NCBI GenBank assembly: GCA_030605385.1
Contig: JAUWIL010000002.1
Span: forward strand, 1-37,983
Reading direction: 5' to 3'
Source of the DNA: Methanobacteriota archaeon
GTDB taxonomy: Archaea; Halobacteriota; Syntropharchaeia; JAUWIL01
Length of the DNA: 37,983 nucleotides
In this document: piece after piece, positions 8,368 through 19,836 of the stretch
Layout: each line of letters starts with the position of its first letter
Position numbering within the stretch: position 1 is the stretch's first letter
The notes under the pieces: model-generated
Seen by the model: only the letters and a program-made list of their open reading frames with translations
What the model was told of the DNA's origin: nothing
Databases searched by the model: none
Made by a program: the position numbers and the translations under genes

Positions 8368-8871
8368 ATGTCTAATACAGATGAAAATCTCAAAACCGCC
8401 TTCGAAGGAGAGAGTCAGGCGAACCGCAGATACTTAGCATTTTCCAATCAGGCTGAGGAGGAGGGACTCCCTAATATTGCAAGACTTTTCAGGGTTGCTG
8501 CAGAGGCAGAAACCGTGCACGCCTTGAACGAAATAGCTGCGATGGGAGGAGTCAGATCCACCCTTGAGAATCTGAATGAGGCAGTGAATGGGGAGGAATA
8601 TGAATCCACTCAGATGTATCCGAAGTTCATAGAGGATGCAAAAAAAGAGGATAGGTCTGAAGCGGTTCTGGCTTTTACGTGGATCAGGAAGGTAGAGAAC
8701 GAACACATGAATATGTACAGACAGGCCATCGATCAAGTATCAAAGGGTGAGGATGTAGAGGAAAAAGAATACTATATCTGCATGAACTGCGGACATCCAG
8801 AAGAATTTGCAGCGCCCGAGAGGTGCCCCGTATGCGGCGCACCCAGAGAGATGTTCAAGAAAGTGGATTGA
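8368..8871 (+). CDS. rbr: rubrerythrin
   Basis: Ferritin-like diiron N-domain (LKTAFEGESQANRRYLAF..., AAEAETVHA) plus a C-terminal rubredoxin-like CMNCGH...CPVCGAP. The SD GGAGGTGA lies upstream. Confidence 0.9.
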   Translation: MSNTDENLKTAFEGESQANRRYLAFSNQAEEEGLPNIARLFRVAAEAETVHALNEIAAMGGVRSTLENLNEAVNGEEYESTQMYPKFIEDAKKEDRSEAVLAFTWIRKVENEHMNMYRQAIDQVSKGEDVEEKEYYICMNCGHPEEFAAPERCPVCGAPREMFKKVD

Positions 8872-8875
8872 TATT

Positions 8876-8925
8876 TATGGAACAAAGTTCCATAACCGTA
8901 TGAAAGCGTTGCTTTTCAGACATGC
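8876..8925. repeat. hairpin array, family 1, inverted orientation, 2 hairpins
   Basis: TATGGAAC-aaa-GTTCCATA, AACCGTA linker, TGAAAGC-gtt-GCTTTTCA, GACATGC. This is the reverse complement of the class A/class B architecture. It begins 5 nt after the rubrerythrin stop. Confidence 0.85.
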
Positions 8926-8989
8926 AGCAATCTTTTTAAACGGAATCCTATGTGAGCCGAACTCAATGACATGATTTGCGGAAAGATGA

Positions 8990-9011
8990 CGATCAGAGTG
9001 CGATCAGAGTG
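8990..9011. repeat. perfect two-copy tandem duplication (11-nt unit)
   Basis: CGATCAGAGTG occurs at 8990-9000 and 9001-9011, 12 nt upstream of the kinase start codon. Confidence 0.9.
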
Positions 9012-9022
9012 GGGGCTTCTGG

Positions 9023-9670
9023 ATGACGGATAGGAAAATAGTCGTGCTAAAGCTTGGTGGTAGTCTTATAAACACCACCATGGAGCTTCTAAACGCCCTC
9101 AACGAATATGCGGTGGAGCATGAAATAATCCTACTTATCATACCGGGAGGAGGACCATATGCAGATACCGTACGGGCGCACTCGGGCAGGCTTTCAGAGG
9201 ATACAGCCCACTGGATGAGTATAATGGCAATGGATCAGTACGGTCTGCACATCACCGATAGAACAAAGATATCCACAGTAGAGGAAATCAGCATCATCGG
9301 CGAATGCGAACCATGTGCTGTTGTATTGCTGCCCTACAAATTCATGCGCAGCACCGACCCACTACCGCACACGTGGAAAGTTACATCGGACAGCATTGCA
9401 GCGCATATAGCGGCTGTTGTTGGAGCACGGCAGTTCATCAAGGCAACAGATGTGGACGGCATGATGATAAAGGGGGTGCTGGTGGAGCAGATAGGTGCCG
9501 GGGAGCTTGAACAAATAAACGAGGTAACATGCATCGACAGAGCACTTCCCGGTATACTCATGAAGGAAAAGATAAACTGCATAGTGGTAAATGGCAGGTA
9601 TCCCGAGCGCATAATTGACCTGCTTGACGGCAGGGCTGCCGTATGCACTTTGGTAAAAGGAAGCACATGA
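9023..9670 (+). CDS. amino-acid-kinase-family protein, MfnE-like (methanofuran biosynthesis kinase candidate)
   Basis: 215 aa with VVLKLGGSLI and IIPGGGPYADTVR motifs. This small archaeal AAK-fold protein resembles my memory of MJ0458-type MfnE. The specific function is inference. Confidence 0.55.
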   Translation: MTDRKIVVLKLGGSLINTTMELLNALNEYAVEHEIILLIIPGGGPYADTVRAHSGRLSEDTAHWMSIMAMDQYGLHITDRTKISTVEEISIIGECEPCAVVLLPYKFMRSTDPLPHTWKVTSDSIAAHIAAVVGARQFIKATDVDGMMIKGVLVEQIGAGELEQINEVTCIDRALPGILMKEKINCIVVNGRYPERIIDLLDGRAAVCTLVKGST

Positions 9671-9758
9671 TTCTATATTTTGCCTGTAATGGCCTGTAAT
9701 GTTTTTACCTGTGGAACTTGCCCCGCAAAATTACCCGGGAGTTTCATCATGGGCGATT

Positions 9759-11048
9759 TTATCTGCTTGGATGAACGATTTTATCACTGCTTCTGTACCG
9801 TATCAGCGGCATGGAGATGTGCCTCCTTGCAACAGGCGGCACCTCGTACAAGCCATACGCTAAATCCCTCTTCAAAACCTCGGTTTCCGGGCTCTCCGAA
9901 CAAGTGCCGCATTTACGGCACCTGTAACCCTGATTCATACCTGCGGATTTCATCCTTTTACCGCACGATGGACAGGCGGGGTTGCACCTCACAACATTGT
10001 CAGCAAGTTCCATGACCTCAAGTTTCTCAACATTCAAAGTACCGTCCTTAACACTGCCGTATACTGCAACCATGTCGCCAACGATCAGAGAGCGCACTAT
10101 GTTTCGGAAGTTCTTTGTGGGCTCAAAGGCTGCGCATTCAATGGAAGGTCCATCAGCGGGATCTGATATTTTGAATATTAGATGTCCACCCTCTATTACG
10201 CGGGGCGGTTTTGATATGATACCATCCAGCACATATGATTCCCCATCAATCACCTTGGGTATTGTTGCATGCATCAGGTGGGAATCGGTCCCCTGATTTG
10301 TCCGGAAAACCTGCCGCATCAGCACGGGCTCGGATTCAACCATTTCATATGCACTCTCTATTGCTTTTATATCATCACCCCTTATGCCGTACAGAACCGG
10401 GCAGGGGGAATGAGGTGCGAAAACTATTTTTTTATTATGCACATCCACGGTATCCCATGTCAGCGGGTATGTTTCACTGTCTGCTATCCATACCGATTTT
10501 TCATCTATGTATCTGCTGGTGTTCCAGCGCTCCATTGTTCGGTAGGTTATCAGTTCGTAAGTATAATCGTTATCTACCAGCCATCTATCAGCGCCGACTG
10601 CTGCAAGTGCGCCTATCAGCCCCCTACCATTTTTGAAGTAATGATAACCAAGTTCCATATCGGCTATTATCTTTCTTGCATCTTCGAGTGGTACGGTATG
10701 TTTGATCGCACGTTCAGTAAATTCCGAGAGAGCCTCTGCATCCGAATCCTCTGCGAACACTATACCGGGGTTGGTATTTTCCTCGTTCAGCTCTGCATTT
10801 TGAGCGACCGCCCCTATGACTACTGACTTCACTCTGTCAGCATGGCTGGTTTTTATTTTTATGGCTGTAGCTGCGTTGCCGCGGGTTTTATACTCTATGG
10901 TCGGGTTGAGCCGCACCAGCAGCGGATAGTCCGCGATCTCAGCACATTCCTTGAGTAGCCCTACAAGCAGTGCTGCAAGGTATGTGGTGCACATCCCCTT
11001 CTTGGAGTCAGTATCATCAAGCCCTATGAGCAAGTCCGTATTCACCAA
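9759..11048 (-). CDS. tiaS: tRNA(Ile2) 2-agmatinylcytidine synthetase
   Basis: The N-terminus LIGLDDTDSKKGMCTTYL is the TiaS signature, and there is a C-terminal Zn ribbon CPSCGKRMKSAG...YRCRKCG. The start is TTG at 11048 or GTG at 11045. Confidence 0.85.
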   Translation of the reverse strand: MVNTDLLIGLDDTDSKKGMCTTYLAALLVGLLKECAEIADYPLLVRLNPTIEYKTRGNAATAIKIKTSHADRVKSVVIGAVAQNAELNEENTNPGIVFAEDSDAEALSEFTERAIKHTVPLEDARKIIADMELGYHYFKNGRGLIGALAAVGADRWLVDNDYTYELITYRTMERWNTSRYIDEKSVWIADSETYPLTWDTVDVHNKKIVFAPHSPCPVLYGIRGDDIKAIESAYEMVESEPVLMRQVFRTNQGTDSHLMHATIPKVIDGESYVLDGIISKPPRVIEGGHLIFKISDPADGPSIECAAFEPTKNFRNIVRSLIVGDMVAVYGSVKDGTLNVEKLEVMELADNVVRCNPACPSCGKRMKSAGMNQGYRCRKCGTCSESPETEVLKRDLAYGLYEVPPVARRHISMPLIRYRSSDKIVHPSR

Positions 11049-11060
11049 CGTTCACCAACG
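11041..11060. repeat. perfect two-copy tandem duplication (10-nt unit) spanning the tiaS start
   Basis: TTCACCAACG occurs at 11041-11050 and 11051-11060. Confidence 0.9.
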
Positions 11061-11230
11061 CGTGTTTGAATTCGATTACCTGAGCACCTGTCCATAATAA
11101 GTTGTTAGAGGTTGATAATACAATTTCTGATAAATAGTCGCGGAAATACTCACAAAACCTCAACAGTTCTGGGAGTATGAAAATGACTTTGAAAACATTA
11201 GAACATGCCTTTGCTGGCGTTATGCTGGCG

Positions 11231-11914
11231 CTATAGTGCGATCGGATTCGTAGCGGGTCCGCCCAGCGAGAGTATGTATGCCACAGCTGTCATGACAATC
11301 AGGGCCGGTATTATGATTGCTATTACGTATGCTATGATGACTCTTGGAAGGGACATCTCCTGAAGTTCCCTCAATCCGGCTATTTCCACGACCATAGTCC
11401 AGACATACCCAATCAGACTAATCCATATTGCAGGCAGCCACACAAGGGCAAACCTCGGTGTTCTGCCGTACATGGCAACCTGCATGGTGCGCAGTAAGCC
11501 CTTGCGTCCGCCGAACAGATACACCCAGAAGTGCAGCCACAATCCCCGGAAATATGATGCCAGTATGTGGTACAGGAACAGAAAGATAAAGAGCGCTATG
11601 GCACCCGTTATCAGGTCAAGTCCTACCAGAATGAACATCAAGCGGGTTAGATTATACAGCGGGTTTATCGTGCCGCCGGGATTCATTAGCGGCAGCCACC
11701 AGTTTACCAAAACGGCGAGGAAACTATACGCTATCAGAATCGTGATTAGATATTTCAGCATTGAGCCAAAGGAATCTTCCTTTATGCGGTCAAATGTCTT
11801 TGACGGCACGAGCATAAAGCCGACCACCTTCATGAAGAGGGGGTTTGATAAAAGGAACTTCCACTTCTCGGGTGGGTTGTCGAACAGATCGTTCAACTTA
11901 TCATGAAACCGCAT
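11231..11914 (-). CDS. Yip1-like integral membrane protein
   Basis: 227 aa with a soluble N-terminal stretch followed by 5 hydrophobic helices. The Yip1/DUF-type assignment is by pattern only. Confidence 0.45.
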   Translation of the reverse strand: MRFHDKLNDLFDNPPEKWKFLLSNPLFMKVVGFMLVPSKTFDRIKEDSFGSMLKYLITILIAYSFLAVLVNWWLPLMNPGGTINPLYNLTRLMFILVGLDLITGAIALFIFLFLYHILASYFRGLWLHFWVYLFGGRKGLLRTMQVAMYGRTPRFALVWLPAIWISLIGYVWTMVVEIAGLRELQEMSLPRVIIAYVIAIIIPALIVMTAVAYILSLGGPATNPIAL

Positions 11915-12020
11915 ACTAGCATCTATGCATGCTTGATATATAAATATAGTTCTAACGCGGATGCCGAGAAATGAAGATAGAGAAAATGGGAGGTGCGATC
12001 AGCAAAATTATTTTATTTTG

Positions 12021-12069
12021 TTTGTTAGTATATTAGACTATTGGGCTTTGTTATATTAGACTATTGGGC
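12021..12069. repeat. near-perfect two-copy tandem duplication (26 + 23 nt)
   Basis: TTTGTTA(gta)TATTAGACTATTGGGC at 12021-12046 is repeated at 12047-12069 without the gta. It lies between the pyrI stop and the Yip1-like gene start. Confidence 0.85.
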
Positions 12070-12083
12070 CATTAAACCAGCAG

Positions 12084-13863
<1,780 letters not shown>

Positions 13864-14234
13864 GATATATCGACACTCCGATTAGTTTGATGTTGTTTTG
13901 CTCAGGCTACAATCAGTTTGCAACATTTGTATGTAATGCAACGTTTGTTTGTACTTTATATGCAATGATATAAGGTCATGCTATTTAATTTAGTATTCAA
14001 CCAGTTTTTAATCCTGTATTTAATCAGTTTCCATAATATTTAGTCATAATACTTAATGGTAACGTATGCTTAATGGTCAGGTAGCCTGCATACCGCATAG
14101 TCAGAATATCACGTTATCGCGTAAAATCAGATAATGATTGGGCGTAAAAATCAGATAAGGGTGAATTTAGTGGAGTGGAGCAAGTTGTGCACCAATATCT
14201 TTGGAATTATATGAATTGGCTGCACCTTTGGCAG

Positions 14235-14714
14235 TTATCCGAATGCTAACATGACCCAGTCGCCGACGTAGTGTGTTATAACTATGACTATCAAAGCTAT
14301 GGACAGGTGTTCAGCGACCACTTTCCAGGGCTTTACGTCCTGCCCCTTTGCAATGTAGAAGCTGAGGACGCCCAAAGCAGTCAGTCCCCAGATAACACTT
14401 ACAATAATTGCTGTTGTGAGGGGCAGCAGCAGAACAGGGATGATAAACGTCATCGCAAAAACGAATTTGGAGAGAAAAGTGGATGTTGTTGACTGCCATA
14501 TCTCTCTGGCAGTGTGTTTGTTCTCAGATTCCTCCGAAATATGAATGCCCAGTGCATCAGAGAATGCATCTGCCACTGCTATTGTCAGTATACCTCCGAT
14601 GATCACGAGTTTTGAGCCGGTACCTGAATGTAGACCTACAATAAGGCCCAGCGTTGTGATTATTCCTGAGGTTAAACCAAAGCAGAGTCCGGTTTTTACA
14701 GAATGTTTCATCAT
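14235..14714 (-). CDS. VIT1/CCC1-family membrane protein (putative Fe/Mn transporter)
   Basis: GLTSGIITTLGLIVGL...IAVADAFSDALGIHISEES pattern followed by C-terminal TM helices. Confidence 0.65.
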   Translation of the reverse strand: MMKHSVKTGLCFGLTSGIITTLGLIVGLHSGTGSKLVIIGGILTIAVADAFSDALGIHISEESENKHTAREIWQSTTSTFLSKFVFAMTFIIPVLLLPLTTAIIVSVIWGLTALGVLSFYIAKGQDVKPWKVVAEHLSIALIVIVITHYVGDWVMLAFG

Positions 14715-14892
14715 AACAATTAACGTATCAGGATTAAAATAACCTTTCTAATCGCTTCATTCATCAATTCTTTTCATTCATGTAAAGCTTGAGGTTAGAT
14801 TGAGGTTGCGGTGGAAATGTGGGTGCAGCACAGCCGTGTCTACCTTATATAACTCTGATAACCCCTCTTATGTAGGTGCTATTCTTATACTA

Positions 14893-15315
14893 TCAAAAGT
14901 TCCCTTTAATCCAGTCTCCAATCTCACCCCTTATGCGCCTGAAACCTGTAAGTATCTCTTCCTTGCTGCCGCTTAGCCAGTAAGGGTCTTCAAAATTTCT
15001 ATGAAGATATTCTTTGCTTTTGGGGAGAGATGGACAGCTTTCTCTTGCGCGGTCGCAGAGCGTGACGACATAATCGAATTTCTCTTCTTTAAACTCCTCC
15101 ACACTCTTCGAACGCTGACCTGAGATATCAATGTCGAGTTCTGCCAGCGCTCTGACGGCATAAGGCGTTACGCCTTTGGCAGGGTTTGTACCTGCGCTGT
15201 ACACGTCGTAGCGCTCGCCGTAAAGCTCCCTTAAAAGCCCTTCCGCCATCTGGGAACGCGCAGCATTGCCTATGCAGATAAAAAGCACTTTTTTCTTTTC
15301 GCTACTCCACTCCAT
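14893..15315 (-). CDS. arsC: thioredoxin-coupled arsenate reductase / LMW protein-tyrosine phosphatase family
   Basis: P-loop VLFICIGNAARSQMAEG plus the VVTLCDRARESCP Cys pair spaced as in Trx-coupled ArsC. The likely start is the Met at 15315 (MEWSSEKKK...), which avoids overlap with the upstream gene. Confidence 0.75.
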   Translation of the reverse strand: MEWSSEKKKVLFICIGNAARSQMAEGLLRELYGERYDVYSAGTNPAKGVTPYAVRALAELDIDISGQRSKSVEEFKEEKFDYVVTLCDRARESCPSLPKSKEYLHRNFEDPYWLSGSKEEILTGFRRIRGEIGDWIKGNF

Positions 15316-15340
15316 TTTATCATCACTCACTTGCTTATGC

Positions 15341-15895
15341 TTATTTCTGACCGACTCCACTCCGCACATCAACGGCGACGCCCCTTCTGCATGAATGCAT
15401 CTCTACCGCACACAGCACGGCTGAGCCAGTTGCCAGCAGCTTATCATTTTCATCCACCACGAGCACCTCGTCCCGCGCTCTTACATCGGGATCGACACCT
15501 ATGACATGCTTCGCGAACACATTGCCGCCAGTCACTATGAACTCTGCCACATCGTTTCTCACCGTCACCCTGTATGCAGGCGGCGGAAGCCGGGCGTGGA
15601 GTCTCCTTGCACCTTTAATGCTCAGCGTGAGCAGTCCATCAGATGCGCGCAGTGTTGCAATGCGCAGCCCGTTTTCAAGTATCTGGCGCACCCGCGAGGT
15701 TCGGGAGAAGATAAAACTCACTTCCCCCGGAAACAGCGCACTGCCTGCGCCAGTACCGAACTGGTAGTCGGCTATAATCCGCACCCTTCTCAATAGTTCT
15801 GCATCGCGATCTACGCCAGCATCATTCTCTTGTGCGGTATCATTGATGTTCATTTTACTCAAAACCCCAAGTCTCGCAGACTGCCGTTCCATCAT
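15341..15895 (-). CDS. PUA-domain RNA-binding protein (stand-alone ArcTGT C2+PUA-like)
   Basis: IADYQFGTGAG...LRIATLRASDGLLTLSIKGA...NVFAKHVIGVDPDVRARDEVLVVDENDKLLATGSAVL is the pre-PUA/PUA pattern. Confidence 0.6.
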   Translation of the reverse strand: MMERQSARLGVLSKMNINDTAQENDAGVDRDAELLRRVRIIADYQFGTGAGSALFPGEVSFIFSRTSRVRQILENGLRIATLRASDGLLTLSIKGARRLHARLPPPAYRVTVRNDVAEFIVTGGNVFAKHVIGVDPDVRARDEVLVVDENDKLLATGSAVLCAVEMHSCRRGVAVDVRSGVGQK

Positions 15896-16051
15896 TTAAT
15901 GCGAACCATTTAAATAACCTGCTCCATTTTAATTGACTTACTGAGTTATGGGTATGAACTTGGTGAGCATAAAGCTGATGGATATAAACATGACGAGTAT
16001 AGGTTTAGTGAGCATAAGCATGATGACCATAGGCTTGAGAGTGCAGGCATA

Positions 16052-16660
16052 ATGACCTACATTACAGATGAAACCATTCGCGAGATGGAAACCAGATATG
16101 GCATACCATTGGAAGCCCACGTTGAGGTGGAGATGAACCAGATGGAGTATCAGCTCATGATAAACAGCATGTATGAAGGGCGCGCTCATGACATCACGCT
16201 GTTCATACTGGACGGACATCCTGCAAAGGAGCTGGTTGTGATACAAAAGCACCTCCATCCGTCTGGTGTATACAGGGCGCCGAGCGGGGCGGCACATCAG
16301 GGTGAGGACTTCACAGCGGGCGCCAAACGTGAAGCCTATGAGGAAACAGGGCTTGATATAGAGTTGGAGTGGTACATACTACGCATGCACGCGTTGTTCA
16401 CCTGCGGCAGTATGAGCCAGAGCTGGATATCCCATATATTCACTGCACTGCCGGCAGGTAGAAGGGAACCCCGGGTTATTGACACGGATGAGATAAAGGA
16501 GGTCAGGTGGATGACTTTTAACGAGCTTATGACTGACGTGCGCGACAGGATGCTATCTTTGGGTTCCGGAGGGCTGAAATACAGGGTTATGCTCACAGAT
16601 ATTGTAGTAGATGAGATACTGAAGCGTGAGATGGATAAGGAAACACCCCAATCCTTATAA
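16052..16660 (+). CDS. NUDIX hydrolase
   Basis: Nudix box GAAHQGEDFTAGAKREAYEETGL (Gx5Ex7REUxEExGU). Confidence 0.75.
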   Translation: MTYITDETIREMETRYGIPLEAHVEVEMNQMEYQLMINSMYEGRAHDITLFILDGHPAKELVVIQKHLHPSGVYRAPSGAAHQGEDFTAGAKREAYEETGLDIELEWYILRMHALFTCGSMSQSWISHIFTALPAGRREPRVIDTDEIKEVRWMTFNELMTDVRDRMLSLGSGGLKYRVMLTDIVVDEILKREMDKETPQSL

Positions 16661-16822
16661 TCTGCAATTACAAAATGTATATGAGAACCTGATGCGCAAT
16701 TGTAAAATAGGTATATTGGAATGCCTGCATATGAAAGTTATAACTGTAAGGTCATAAATGTAAACAATCGGGAAAGCTATTTCTGTTGCGATAATGTATG
16801 GTGATATAGTGGGGGAATAAGT

Positions 16823-18181
16823 GTGATTGCTAAGAACGGCTTGCGCGGTACAATAAGAATCATTCCTATTGTCATGGTATTACTTGTGTTACTGCTGCCT
16901 TCAAGTGCTCTGGCAGTGGACGAGCGCAGTCTGGAGCCTTATGCGCCATGGCTTGGACCTGACAATGTGTTTTATGGAGTTAAGATTTTTATCGAGGATG
17001 CCGATGAAGCATTCACCTTCAACCAGTCAGAGAAGCTGGAGAAGCAGGTCTCGCATGCAGGTGAAAGGGTTGCCGAAGCCGTCAGGACTGCCGAGAAGGG
17101 AGACGACAATGCCACCAAGACTGCCATAAAGTTGTATGTGGACAAGAGCAGGATGATCATGAAGACTGCCGCCAGGGTTAACGCCACCACGGGCATGCTT
17201 GAGAAGATTCAGACAAGGATGGACAATCAGACAAGTGTTATAGATAGTTTATTCAGGGGCGGAAAGCTTGGTGACGAAGCCAGGGCAGAATGTGGATATG
17301 CCCTTACGAATATGAGCGCCGCAAGAAGTACTGTGGAGCAGGCCAGGAGTCGTGCTACCGATAGGGCGGTTTGCGGAGACGGAAAGTGCAGCGGCGGCGA
17401 GAACTACCGCTCATGCTCGCAGGACTGTCCACCGGTTTGCGGCAACAATGACTGCGAAACACCTGATGAAACCCCTCAGAACTGCCCCCAGGACTGTCCA
17501 TGTGGAGACGGTGTATGCGACCCGAACAGGGGCGAGAACTACCGCTCATGCAGAGCTGACTGTCCACCGGTTTGCGGCAACAATGACTGTGAGGCACCGG
17601 ACGAGAATCATGATAACTGTCCTGAGGACTGCAAGTGCGGCAACGGCGTCTGTGAGCCGGACAGAGGCGAGAACTACTACTCGTGCCGTGGAGACTGCCT
17701 CGCGGTCTGCGGCAATGGCGCATGTGAGAAGCCTGATGAGGCATACAGCAACTGTCCGCAGGACTGCACCGGAAGCTTTGGAGCCCAGATAGTTGGGGAT
17801 GTGCGGTTTGACAAGCCGTCATATAAAGCAGGCGATAAGGTTGTTGCAATGCTTGATGTAAGGAATACCGGTGAACTTGAAATAACCAGCGAGAGAGTGG
17901 TGATAACCGCCACCGTCACAAGACTGGATGACTGGCTTGCCAACAAAGCTCTTGGGGCAAAGAGCAAAGATGAGAAGACATACACCTTTACCATGGATTT
18001 TAACGTGCTGATATATTCAGGGCAGACCGAAACACTCTCGGCGGCATTCAACGTGCCGAAGGAACTTGAAACTTCCATAGGGAAGATAAGCCTTGCAGGT
18101 GATTATGACATAACCCTTGATGTGAGTGCTAATGGGAACAATATCGGCACAAGGAATGTAAAGCTGACATTGGGTAAGTGA
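16823..18181 (+). CDS. secreted protein: signal peptide, helical DUF5667-like domain, 3 x 45-aa double Cys-rich units, C-terminal beta domain
   Basis: GTG start after GGGGG. Hydrophobic signal IIPIVMVLLVLLLPSSALA and PDNVFYGVKIFIED. The Cys-rich region 17372-17770 consists of CG(D/N)GxC...ENYxSCxxDC + VCGNxxCExPDExxxNCPxDC units. The tail DVRNTGELEI is CARDB-like. Confidence 0.7.
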   Translation: MIAKNGLRGTIRIIPIVMVLLVLLLPSSALAVDERSLEPYAPWLGPDNVFYGVKIFIEDADEAFTFNQSEKLEKQVSHAGERVAEAVRTAEKGDDNATKTAIKLYVDKSRMIMKTAARVNATTGMLEKIQTRMDNQTSVIDSLFRGGKLGDEARAECGYALTNMSAARSTVEQARSRATDRAVCGDGKCSGGENYRSCSQDCPPVCGNNDCETPDETPQNCPQDCPCGDGVCDPNRGENYRSCRADCPPVCGNNDCEAPDENHDNCPEDCKCGNGVCEPDRGENYYSCRGDCLAVCGNGACEKPDEAYSNCPQDCTGSFGAQIVGDVRFDKPSYKAGDKVVAMLDVRNTGELEITSERVVITATVTRLDDWLANKALGAKSKDEKTYTFTMDFNVLIYSGQTETLSAAFNVPKELETSIGKISLAGDYDITLDVSANGNNIGTRNVKLTLGK

Positions 18182-18250
18182 AAGGGTGAAATATGCAGTG
18201 ATTACCAATAAAATTTAAAGTTGATAAAATAAGGAATAGACAGGAAATAG

Positions 18251-19750
18251 GTGGTGGGCAGGATGAGCGCCAATAAGAATATGATTACATCGGCTGAGAT
18301 GCATGCGCTGGATATCAACTGCAACTATTACGGACTGGACAGCCCTCAGTTGATGGAGAATGCCGGAGCAGCCCTTGCGCGTGAGGTACGCAAGAAATGC
18401 AAAAGAGGAAGGGTACTTGTAGTTGCAGGCAGCGGCAACAACGGCGGGGACGGCGTTGTGGCAGCGAGACATCTCACGGGAGATGGCACGTACTCCATCA
18501 AGGTCATACTTCTTGGAACATCTGACAGTATCAGCACTGCTGAGGCGAGCCATAACTGGAATCTGCTTCGGGAGAGCGGGGCGGACACAGTACAGGTCCA
18601 GGATAGCGTTTATCTGGATGCTAACGACTTCAAGAGCGCCGACGTCATTGTTGATGCCATACTCGGCACTGGCGTAAGGGGTGCCGTAAGGGAGCCCGCG
18701 GCGGCTGCGATAGGGTTGATAAATGATAGTAATGCGAAAGTAATAGCGGTTGACGCACCGAGCGGACTTAACCCTGATACCGGAGAGTATGGTGAGGCAG
18801 TAAGGGCGGACATCACGGTAACATTCCATCGGGCAAAACCAGGTCTAAAAAACAAGAATGCAGCCGGGGTGGTTGGCAGGATTGCAGTTGCGGACATCGG
18901 CATACCACCAATTATGGAACTGCTGGCAGGACCCGGAGATCTTAGTATCATAAACAGACGCACCCAGTATGACCACAAGGGTGATAACGGGCGCATCCTG
19001 ATCATAGGCGGCGGCGCATATACGGGCGCACCTGCGCTGGCCGGGATGGCAGCGCTCAGGGCAGGAGCAGACATCGTCACAATAGCCGCACCCCGCAGTG
19101 TATCTGATGTGATCGCATCCTTCTCGCCAAACCTCATTGTGAAGCCTCTGAGCGGAGATATACTCTCACCTGAAGATGTACCTCTTGTGGAGCAGCTCAT
19201 GGAGTCACATGATGCTGCTGTGATAGGTCCTGGTCTGGGCAGGGTTGATGAAACTGTCAAGGCTGTAAGAAGCCTTCTAAAGAACAGGAAGATGCGGTTT
19301 GTTGTGGATGCAGATGCTCTGAGCATGATACAGCCACCGCTCAGCAGAAACATTATTGTAACGCCGCACAGGGGCGAGTTTGAGCGGCTCGGCGGCCCCC
19401 AGCTGCCCGAGGAGATGGATGAGAGAAATGAAGCGCTGCGAGCCTTCGCATCTGAGATAAAGTGCACGATCCTCCTCAAATCGCCTGTTGACGTTGTATC
19501 TGACGGCAGAAACGTTCGCATCAACGTCACGGGTAATGCTGGCATGACCGTTGGCGGAACCGGAGATGTGCTTGCTGGTGTTACTGGTGCATTCTACGCG
19601 GTGCATTCTGACGCTCTTAGAGCGGCTGCAGGTGCTGCATTCATCGTTGGATGTGCGGGCGACCTTGCATACGAGGATCTGGGAAGTGGCTTGCTGGCGA
19701 CAGACGTCATTGACATGATACCGGTTGTGCTAAAAGATCTGGTCGAATAA
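18251..19750 (+). CDS. nnr: bifunctional NAD(P)H-hydrate repair enzyme (epimerase + ADP-dependent dehydratase)
   Basis: YjeF_N part (MENAGAALA...VVAGSGNNGGDG) fused to a carbohydrate-kinase part (GGGAYTGAPALAGMAALRAGADIV...GTGDVLAG). An alternative ATG lies at 18263. Confidence 0.85.
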   Translation: MVGRMSANKNMITSAEMHALDINCNYYGLDSPQLMENAGAALAREVRKKCKRGRVLVVAGSGNNGGDGVVAARHLTGDGTYSIKVILLGTSDSISTAEASHNWNLLRESGADTVQVQDSVYLDANDFKSADVIVDAILGTGVRGAVREPAAAAIGLINDSNAKVIAVDAPSGLNPDTGEYGEAVRADITVTFHRAKPGLKNKNAAGVVGRIAVADIGIPPIMELLAGPGDLSIINRRTQYDHKGDNGRILIIGGGAYTGAPALAGMAALRAGADIVTIAAPRSVSDVIASFSPNLIVKPLSGDILSPEDVPLVEQLMESHDAAVIGPGLGRVDETVKAVRSLLKNRKMRFVVDADALSMIQPPLSRNIIVTPHRGEFERLGGPQLPEEMDERNEALRAFASEIKCTILLKSPVDVVSDGRNVRINVTGNAGMTVGGTGDVLAGVTGAFYAVHSDALRAAAGAAFIVGCAGDLAYEDLGSGLLATDVIDMIPVVLKDLVE

Positions 19751-19809
19751 ATCTGGTTGGATATAACATTCGGGTTGGATATGACCAGAAGAAAATTCAG
19801 ATTCCGGAG

Positions 19810-19817
19810 TTTTTTTT
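19810..19817 (+). terminator. oligo-T tract (T8) between convergent nnr and the cooC-like gene
   Basis: GAGTTTTTTTTAAA; archaeal intrinsic termination commonly uses oligo-T. The assignment is inference. Confidence 0.4.
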
Positions 19818-19836
19818 AAAGCTCAAACATCCAGAA

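Noticed and set aside
17352-17849. ORFs 17352..17792 (+) and 17355..17849 (-) within the Cys-rich repeat region
   Set aside because: These are alternative-frame or antisense readings of a GC-rich internal repeat and yield R/T/A/S-rich nonsense. The annotated frame gives a coherent Cys-spacing pattern repeated three times.
18215-19606. Antisense or off-frame ORFs over nnr (18215..18829, 18346..18588, 18423..18677, 18610..19545, 19277..19606)
   Set aside because: The plus-strand frame encodes a full-length, motif-complete Nnr. The overlapping ORFs are Ser/Pro/Ala/Thr-rich shadows typical of GC-rich coding DNA.
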